From Ginkgo biloba (Eukaryota > Plantae > Ginkgophyta): 18,868 nt of DNA. The stretch is taken from NCBI GenBank assembly GCA_024626585.2, contig JANKJI020000002.1, positions 213,590,852 to 213,609,719 of the forward strand. Reading direction: 5' to 3'. Made by a program: the position numbers and the translations under genes. Under the pieces are notes generated by a model that searched no databases, was not told the origin of the DNA, and saw nothing but the letters and a program-made list of their open reading frames with translations. Below are positions 11,467-18,868 of the stretch, one piece after another. Position 1 is the stretch's first letter; every line of letters starts with the position of its first letter.

Positions 11467-11604
11467 GGATTATTGGCTCCTCTACCCATTCCATAAGGGA
11501 AATGGGAAAGTAGTAAACATACCAAAGCCATGATTGAGTCTAACCCTATCAAGTACTTGCTTTAGAAAGTTGATCTCTTTACCAAGATTAGACAATGGGT
11601 CTTG
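11467..11604 (+). pseudogene. Short chimeric pol fragment: gypsy integrase motif joined in frame to an Ogre/Tat-like RNase H motif
   Basis: GLLAPLPIP*GKWES (cf. GLLQPLPIPxxKWESISMDF) is followed directly by SKHTKAMIESNPIKYLL*KVDLFTKIRQWVL (cf. HTTxxxxxxDPIKYLLxKxxLxGRIAKWVL). Confidence 0.55.
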
Positions 11605-11616
11605 AGTGCTTCCTCC

Positions 11617-11676
11617 ATCGTTCTGCCTGAGCGACCTCCGTCCTACCTGAGCAACTTCCGTCCTACTTGGGCAGCT
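11617..11676. repeat. 20-bp tandem repeat, 3 imperfect copies
   Basis: ATCGTTCTGCCTGAGCGACC / TCCGTCCTACCTGAGCAACT / TCCGTCCTACTTGGGCAGCT. Confidence 0.85.
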
Positions 11677-12241
11677 TAGTTTCAGCTGGGGAACTTTCAA
11701 GGCACTGTCGTCCCCGTCTGTTCTAGCCTCCGTCCATCCTCTCGAATTTGTCTTCCAGAGTTTCTCAACAGGTTCCATTGGGCGACTTCTCCCTGTCCGT
11801 TCTAGCCCCCGTTTTCAACTGAGCTCCCCGTTTGGAACCTCCTGGTACTAGTTTGACTTCCATTTGGGGCCTTCCGTCTAGCCTTCCATTCCAGGTCCCA
11901 CTTTTGGCTCCCGTCCAACCTAAATGGTTTTGTTTCGTTACCCCTGAGCAGTTCCTGTTACAATCGGGACCCACTCTTCTCATCTGTAGAGCACCCTATC
12001 CTCCGAGCACCTTCTTTGCACACCTTCGAGACCCACGATCCCAGGACCCACGTCAATCTTCCTTCATGTGTCTTTTGAATTGGATTTCAGTGACGATTCT
12101 ACCCCACATACGGGTTTGAGCACTGTTTCCTCTAAGGTCCCCGCTTAATTGCTTCTGCATATTATACTATCTGGACATGCTTCTCCACTTGTTATAACAT
12201 GAAGTACCATACCAAGGGTTGTTACAACACCAGGGGGAGTA

Positions 12242-12470
12242 GTCCTCTTTGAGCGTTTGAGCACATTCTGTTTTGTCCTCTATGAGCATTTGTGCACATT
12301 TTGTGCAAATACTAACCGTCCTCTCTGAGTGCTTGTGCACGTTTGTGCATATACTAATTGCCCTCTCTGAGCACCTGTGCATGCTCTGTGCATGTTTTGT
12401 GCATATACTAATTGTCCTCTTTGAGTGCTTATGCATGCTCTGTGCACATTTTGTTTTGTCCTCTCTGTGA
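12242..12470. repeat. Hierarchical minisatellite: five full units (33, 43, 42, 54, 44 bp) plus a partial sixth, built from ~11-bp TGTGCA(C/T) subunits
   Basis: Units start with G(T/C)CCTCT(C/T/A)TG at 12242, 12275, 12318, 12360, 12414 and 12458. They contain variable numbers of TGTGCACATTT/TGTGCATGCTC subunits. The array is preceded by the purine run AGGGGGAG (12232-12239). Confidence 0.92.
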
Positions 12471-12946
12471 CTAAGAGTTCGTCTGTCTTTTTTACTAGGG
12501 TAGAAGTTCAACTGGGGTGAGCATATTCTGTTCCTGAGTTCTTCGAATTCTATTGGAATGATCATATGATTATCATATACCAACTAAAATGGTATGAATC
12601 CAATAGATTTCTTTCATGTCATCCTATATACCTAAACATCCTGAAGGAGATTCTCACCCTAATCATGTTGATGTAGCATTNNNNNNNNNNNNNNNNNNNN
12701 NNNNNNNNNNNNNNNNNNNNNNNNNNNNNNNNNNNNNNNNNNNNNNNNNNNNNNNNNNNNNNNNNNNNNNNNNNNNNNNNGTCAAACAACTATTATATGA
12801 CTCTTTTATTGAGGCGACATATTTTGTCTTTGTTACATAGAAAAGCCTAAATGCTTGCAATTGTCTCTATTAGATCTCGATATGTTAAAAGATGTAGTAA
12901 TTTTCCTTACATAAATGTGTATCATGTGTTTTTTTTTTAAATAGTA

Positions 12947-13633
12947 GACCATAGATTTTGTCTAAATGTACCCAACTAGAGGAATGTGTTCATTGTCCAT
13001 GCAAATAGTTGGGAAATATGGATTCAATCCATCTAGATGAACTAATCACTCATGTTGTTCATTACCAGTTGATTGAAGCATTTATGTTAAATAATTGAAT
13101 CTTCCCATAATACCTGTGTGCAGAAATGATACACATAGATGTGGTTGCAAATCTGGTATTTTGCAGCTAGACTCATTTGCTTAGTGGCCTAGTGAGAGGC
13201 TTTACCTTTGTTTTGCCAAGGGCATAGTCCCACATCTTGGAATGACATACCATAAAAACCCAAATGGGATCATTCCCATAAACTTGTCAATTTCTCTTGT
13301 GGCTATCTACAACCATACTGATTTGCCCACACATGTCATGTTGTGTTTGACATCTTCTGTTGTTGCAATTGCTAGGAGGAATTCATCTTTAATGCTCATT
13401 CACAATATGCTAATTGTCCCATTCTTCCTTTTCAAAATGGACCATAGATTTTCTTTGAATGTACACAACTAGAGCAATGCTACATTTTCATTTGGGTGCA
13501 TAAACAGTTGGAATAATATGGACCTAGTCCATCTTTATGTACTCCTCACCTATACTCCCCTGATGCTCTTTACCATTTGATTGGAGCGTTTATGCCAAAT
13601 AATTGAAATGTAAATTCTCACAGTACTTGCATG
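12947..13633. repeat. Diverged ~175-195-bp direct repeat pair (12947-13120 and 13440-13633)
   Basis: Collinear shared blocks: GACCATAGATTTT..AATGTAC.CAACTAGAG.AATG; AGTTGG..AATATGGA....TCCATCT; TTACCA.TTGATTG.AGC.TTTATG..AAATAATTGAA. Confidence 0.85.
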
Positions 13634-14174
13634 TCTACACTCGCCCCAAAAAGATGTAATAAATCCTTGGACCTTCTTACATAGATGCTCTTTTGTAAGG
13701 ATCACTTTATGTAAACTTACAAAATAGCATGTTAACCTCTACTTGGCCTATAATATCTTAGATATATTTACCTTGTATGCCACATAAGAATAGACTGGCC
13801 AATCTTTACTAGAGGTTTTGGCCATTAGTAGAATTTGATCATAGAAGGAAAAACAGTCTCCGTTTTCAACAACAATTCCTATTTGCATTAGAAGTAGTTA
13901 TTGTTCATCTGATTGCAACGCACCATGAAGTCGTTTGCTCCAATTGCTACAAGCTTCAATTGAGTAAAGAAGAATAAAGGCAATCAAGTAAAGGATTTTG
14001 TACATGCGATAAAACACAATAACTACTTTATAATTATTCGTTAATCATTATGACTAAAGGCGATTGCTACCATTTAGCTATGAAGAGTCATTTGTAACAC
14101 TATAAATGTAAATCCCTTACAGCTACTTGGGGATCTATCCATTATCCATCGTTATAGCACTATTGTATTCATTA

Positions 14175-15992
14175 ATAGCATACATTCTTGTATTCAAATC
14201 TAATATGTAATTCCAAGTAAATTAATACAAAATAGTTTTCTTTTCCATTGCATCTATGTTTGCAATCTGTGAATGATACTTCTAGCATCCGATTGCTAAT
14301 GACCTGTCCTAAACCCGTCAAGATGCAGTACCGCTAGTGAGAGCATCAACACTACAATGTGGTCTCTCTAGGCCTGTCATTGGAACCCAATGATCTTCCT
14401 ATTGTGATGCATTCAACAGTAAACAATGACCATACCATAAATAATTATAAATAAATAACTTATAGTGGGTTGGACATTCCTAGCTACTGGGATAATCTTG
14501 GTGTGGAAGAGAGGTTGAAACAGACCTAGCATCGAGATTGAGGGGTAGGTCCCAACAAATAGATCATAGTTGCTTGGCACTAACAATACGCATCGTTTGC
14601 AACCAAAGGTTTCATTACCAATGTAAGCCATATAGATGACTCCCATGGCCAACAACTAAGGCTAGAGTCATTTGTTGCAAGTCTAACTTAGTACTAATAG
14701 TCCCAAATCTAAGACTCTGAATATACCTACTTTCTACATAATGTTAACATAAATAAATAACTGCACATATGTGAATGCCTATCATTACTCATTATGACTA
14801 CAATTGAGATCTTTATCATTGCATGAATGAACATGCATGTATATCTCTATATTATCTTGTATATTGTAGGTTTAGAGGCCGGTTGTTACATTAACACAAT
14901 CCTCTACAAGGTCAAATTGAACCCCAAAAAAGTAGTTCAATCTTTGCGTTCTAGTTCCCTTTGACGATTAATTACCGTGCAATTTGTAACCACTTGTTTA
15001 AGGACCATTTGTGGCAAGCTAGGATTTTGAGCAAAGTCTAACAATATGGGACTCAAATAGTCCTTCGAGAATTCAACTCCAAACTCATTACTTGACCCAA
15101 ATGATTTTACATGAGTAAGTAGATATTAACCCTAGAAATGAGTTTGGGATGAGTTCTCCCTTCATCCTTGAGGGAAAATGAACCCATTTTTTGAGGATTC
15201 TAGAGGAATTTGTAAGCTTTGGAAATAATCTCAGATATATCCACCTCAATTATCTGGTCTTATAAACCTTTGGCCTCGACTTTTTCCACCAACTACCCAA
15301 TGCTCATATATATGTCTTCCTCCACTATGTGCTCCAACTAGGAACTTTCCATTTTAATTTCAGCTAACAGCCTTTTGAGATCAGGGAGTAGGAGAAGTTT
15401 GTATAAGAAGAGGATGATAAGCACTTCCCAATCTAACAATCTCACCTACCTTCACTTCATTCCAAAACTTGATCCGTTTTCAAATCCAAAAATCAATATT
15501 TTGTCAATTTTTAATAAAATCCCAACTTGCAGACAAAATTTGGAGAACTATGATCAGTTTTGAGTTGAAGGACCTCAAGGAAAAAGTTGTAGAATTTTCA
15601 AAGAGGTTTAAAGAAAAAATAAGAGCACNNNNNNNNNNNNNNNNNNNNNNNNNNNNNNNNNNNNNNNNNNNNNNNNNNNNNNNNNNNNNNNNNNNNNNNN
15701 NNNNNNNNNNNNNNNNNNNNNNNNNNNNATAACATACATTTTTTTTTCAAATCTGTTATATCTTATTCATATACCTTCTAGTGAATTAATACAAAGTTCT
15801 TCTCTTTTATTGTGTCTATGTTTGCAATTATGTGAATGCTATTACTCTCATCATTTGATTCCTAACGACATGTTCCTAAACCCATTGGGAGGCAACGCTG
15901 CTAGTGAAAGCAATGACGTTGCAATCTGGTCTCTCTAGTCCTGTTGTTGGAATTTGGTGATCCTTTTACTGTGATGCATTTAGTAGTAAATA
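14175..15992 (+). repeat. Diverged ~250-bp LTR-like direct repeat pair (14175-14425 and 15729-15992)
   Basis: Collinear blocks: ATA.CATACATT..TTCAAATCT; AATTAATACAAA; TCTATGTTTGCAAT..TGTGAATG; CCTAAACCC; GCTAGTGA.AGCA; TGGTCTCTCTAG.CCTGT..TTGGAA; TGTGATGCATT...AGTAAA. The first copy follows a TATA box (CTATAAAT, 14100) and runs on to a possible LTR end GGTTGTTACA at 14890. Confidence 0.8.
14891..15353 (-). pseudogene. Decayed ORF of unknown function, probably a retroelement accessory ORF
   Basis: MESS*LEHIVEEDIYMSIG*LVEKVEAKGL*DQIIEVDISEIISKAYKFL*NPQKMG.../NEFGVEFSKDYLSPILLDFAQNPSLPQMVLKQVVTNCTVINRQRELERKD*TTFLGFNLTL*RIVL. Most stops are TAG or TAA, consistent with decayed Gln codons. Confidence 0.4.
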
Positions 15993-16076
15993 TTGGTTTC
16001 ATTGCCTTCTAAGTAACCTGCATTTCTCGAGTTGGAAGACAATGAATGCCACTTTGGCCAAATATTCGACAGCTCT

Positions 16077-16335
16077 TGTTAGAATGTAATGTTGTTAGTG
16101 GTCACATAATGTTGTAAGTGGTCACATGTTCAAGAGGTAAAGGTTAAGGGTAGTAGTTAGGGTAGCTAGGCGTCTACAAGTATAAATAGAGGCAAATTGT
16201 ATTGTAAATATTGATCTAAATAATATAGTTTTTATTGTGTTAAATTCATTCTTCTCCATGATGTGATTGCTCTATCAGAGTAGAGGCTCTTATGCCAATA
16301 CTCTAAGAGGAATGTTTGCACTCTAAATCCCAACA
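16077..16335 (+). mobile_element. Short solo LTR (259 bp)
   Basis: TGTT...AACA termini, a TATAAATA box at 16181-16188, and a 20-bp U3 tandem duplication TAATGTTGT(T/A)AGTGGTCACA (16087-16126). The flanks GCTCT/ACCCT differ by two transitions, which may be a decayed 5-bp TSD. No PBS or PPT is adjacent. Confidence 0.65.
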
Positions 16336-16671
16336 ACCCTGGCTATCATGAGGGTCGTAGCATTTTTCTAAGTCTCTCCAGGATTACTAGGGGCCTTTGT
16401 CATGCCACCTAAGGAGCGACCTATAGTAGATGCACGAGCAAAGTGGTGTGAGCACAAAGAACAACAAAAACTTGCAACAACCAATAAAATGGCTAAAAAA
16501 TAGAAGCCATCAAAGAATGAAATCTTGACCCCTGATAGGGCGAGTAGTAGCACGACTAAGGGATCGAAAAAAGGGAAGAAGATGTGGGTTCTAGTGCTGC
16601 AATTTCCAACACTTGAAAAAGAGAATGAAAGAGTAGAAGCTTCAAAAGAGGATACCTCTTAAAAACTACAA

Positions 16672-16689
16672 GAAGAAGAAGAAGAAGAA
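16672..16689 (+). repeat. (GAA)6 microsatellite, poly-Glu in the decayed frame
   Basis: Read directly from the sequence. Confidence 0.9.
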
Positions 16690-16735
16690 AGCTCAGTACA
16701 GAACGACAATGCTAATGAAGACCCCTTAGACTATG

Positions 16736-16880
16736 AGTAAAGATGGTTATGATTTTCTAGACCCATCAATACAAGTTATATTAGGAAACAAGAATAACTC
16801 AAAGTATAACTTATAACCTCATAGTGGGCAAACTGATAAGAATACAAGTAAAGATGGTTCTGATTTTCCAAACCCATCAA
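16736..16880. repeat. 34-bp direct repeat, 2 copies (16736-16769, 16847-16880), 3 mismatches
   Basis: AGTAAAGATGGTTATGATTTTCTAGACCCATCAA versus AGTAAAGATGGTTCTGATTTTCCAAACCCATCAA. Confidence 0.9.
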
Positions 16881-17094
16881 AGGAAAAGGTAAGATTTCAG
16901 GAAGTTGTAAAAGTAATACGGGATATTGTCAAGGAGATGGAGCCACCGAAAACAGTTACAACAAAAAGAATAAATGAACTCAAGAAGACTCCACTAGGGA
17001 AAATCGGGAAATAAGTTTATCAAAAAAGACTCTTATTCCCACAATAATCGAAATCACACCTATTACTGGAGTCAATACAAAGTTGCAAGCTACA

Positions 17095-17640
17095 AACATG
17101 CTTAACAAAGAAGGAAAAATCGACCTCCTCTTGTAGCTTTGTGTAGAACTAGAAATCAATATTTCACTCACAACCGTTATCGAATGGAGGAGGAAAGGAG
17201 CATTCTCATCACCTCCTCATAATGGAATAAAGGCAACAAAATTAGCAACTTAGTTGGATGAAGATTTGAAGGTTCCGATCCAAATTTTTAACAAGATAAT
17301 TCGAAAAACAATTGTGGACAGAGGATCAAGCATACAAATATCCACACGGGTATAAATCGGGAAACCCAAGGTTATTCTGTCAATTACTACATCCGTTTGG
17401 TCGATTAATCAATGATTTGATCCCTAGGAATGATCGTGGATGTATCACTAATAGTAGAAGGTTTGACAGTNNNNNNNNNNNNNAAAGCAAGACTTTGCAA
17501 TAGTAGAAATGGCTACAAACGCAGTGTATCCCACATTATTAGGTTGTCAATGTCTCTATGACATGAAAGCCATTCAAGATTGGGTATATGAACATTCACA
17601 TTGTTTGGAAATGGACGAGCGGTGTGTATTCCTCTTGTAA
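17095..17640 (+). pseudogene. Ty3/gypsy (non-chromovirus, Athila/Tat-like) aspartic protease remnant
   Basis: DLLL*LCVELEINISL (pre-protease), then VPIQIFNKIIRKTIVDRGSSIQI..IGKPKV (active-site VDGGSS-type), LGMIVDVSLIVEGL, and DFAIVEMATNAVYPTLLGCQCLYDMKAIQDW (cf. YPxLLGRPWL...A..DW). Confidence 0.85.
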
Positions 17641-18065
17641 TACATGGTCCATGTAGAGAAAAAATAATGGATAGTGAACTACAAAATCCATCCAATATGG
17701 CTTCAAGTACAACAATAACCACTACAACCACTATAAGCACATATTTAGAATCAACTTACTGTGCTATCCATGATCCTATTACCTTTCTTAATGACTGTTC
17801 ATATTAGTTGGATCAAGGAGGAGTCATACATTTGGATAACGAAGACTCTGCATCTAAACACATGCTGCATTGGTTGCAGGAAGCATACGAGGCATCATCA
17901 ACCCAAAGTTGTTATAGACAAACAATCGTATACTATGACAAAATAGAATAAGACAATGCTGAGGAATATGAGGATATGCTATCAGAAAACAGTGAAAAAG
18001 AGATAGAAGATGAAGTTGAAATTGTAGAGGTTCCTTCCGACCCTTGTATACAAGTCGCCCAAACC

Positions 18066-18502
18066 ATTCCAAAGTTTGCAACAACTACACCGCATATAGG
18101 TGCACAACAACATGTCCAAAGATGTATTAAAGTATGGATGGGTAACCATTTTTGGGAATGATAGAAATGAAAAGCAATTGTTCTCATCGCCTTGGAAGGA
18201 CAAACGTTTAATTGGTGTTTTGCTTATGAGGAGGAATTTCAAGACTAGGCAACATTAAGACAAAGATTCGAATTACAATTTGATAACCGACAACATTATT
18301 TGCCCAACTTCAACTTGCAACTTTCCACAAACATTTGAAACTATGTAAATGTGTATGGAAAGCACATAGCATATCCATGCAAGAATGGGTACATCATTGG
18401 GTGCACTCTCTTTCAAACAAATTTTACAAATGTTACTACCAACAGTATGCAATGAGAAAAACATCATGGAGAGTGTTGAAACATAATTTCATTCAACAAT
18501 GC
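18066..18502 (+). pseudogene. Two tandem Gag/capsid-like (Retrotrans_gag-type) repeats downstream of the protease
   Basis: Copy 1 (18066-18281): IPKFA...QHVQRCIKVWMGNH...IALEGQTFNWC...FQD*ATLRQRFELQF. Copy 2 (18300-18502, one frameshift): LPNF../KHLKLCKCVWKAHSISMQEWVHHWVHSLSNKFYKCYYQQYAMRKTSWRVLKHNFIQQC. Confidence 0.65.
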
Positions 18503-18763
18503 AAGAAAAAGGAGCATCAAGCCACATTGTCCATCGTAAAGAAACTACAAGACTATGACATTATCAATGTCATCGGTTAGTACTACTCCATCCAAAAATA
18601 GAGTATGCCCCAAACCCAAGACACCACCTAATGATCTAATAGAAATGACAGAGAGATTAGCCCAACATCCAAAAAAATTTCCAAGGTCAACGACTAAACA
18701 AAACACTTGGTCACACACTCACATCAAATAAGAAGGTCGTCCATTTTTAAGACTTAAAGACAT

Positions 18764-18868
18764 AGAAAAATTAACATTGGCATAGAAAAAGAGCCTCACC
18801 ACATAATCCTAGGAGATTATTGGGATACGCTAACAATAACATAAGGCACTACCTTTTTTCAAGAATAT
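18764..18868 (+). pseudogene. Gypsy pol segment immediately upstream of reverse transcriptase
   Basis: RKINIGIEKEPHHIILGDYWDTLTIT*GTTFFQEY matches the pre-RT motif KVNIGTxExPK...GDYWD......LLxEYxDxF that I recall from gymnosperm gypsy elements. RT is predicted to begin just beyond the window. Confidence 0.75.

Noticed and set aside
12242-12470. CRISPR-like array, or Cys/His-rich protein (ORF 12167-12583)
   Set aside because: There are no unique spacers and no cas genes, and the context is eukaryotic. The repetitive peptide is just a translation of the minisatellite.

Overview
AT-rich, CpG-poor intergenic window from a gapped draft assembly of a large plant genome. It is most likely a gymnosperm, which is inferred from the style of the retroelement protein motifs. 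I find no intact host gene, RNA gene or CRISPR array. The window is a mosaic of old, decayed retroelements. From left to right: the 3' end of a Ty3/gypsy chromovirus (integrase C-terminus, chromodomain, PPT/LTR; 1-~810), an L1-type LINE ORF2 remnant (zf-RVT; minus, ~900-1560), and an Athila-like 5' end (tRNA-Asp PBS and gag; minus, 1666-2490). Next come a 688-bp LTR with a decayed coiled-coil accessory ORF upstream of it (minus, 7207-9110) and a gypsy RNase H/integrase remnant (minus, 9623-10685). These are followed by a short in-frame integrase/RNase H chimera, a CpG-rich block with hierarchical tandem repeats (11467-12470), several diverged LTR-like direct repeats and a 259-bp solo LTR. The window ends in a plus-strand gypsy polyprotein remnant (~16340-18868). 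The most unusual signal is in that last element: two tandem Gag/capsid-like repeats appear between the aspartic protease and the pre-RT region. Six 100-N gaps and several others mean adjacency across gaps is not reliable. All family assignments come from manual translation and motif recall, not database searches.
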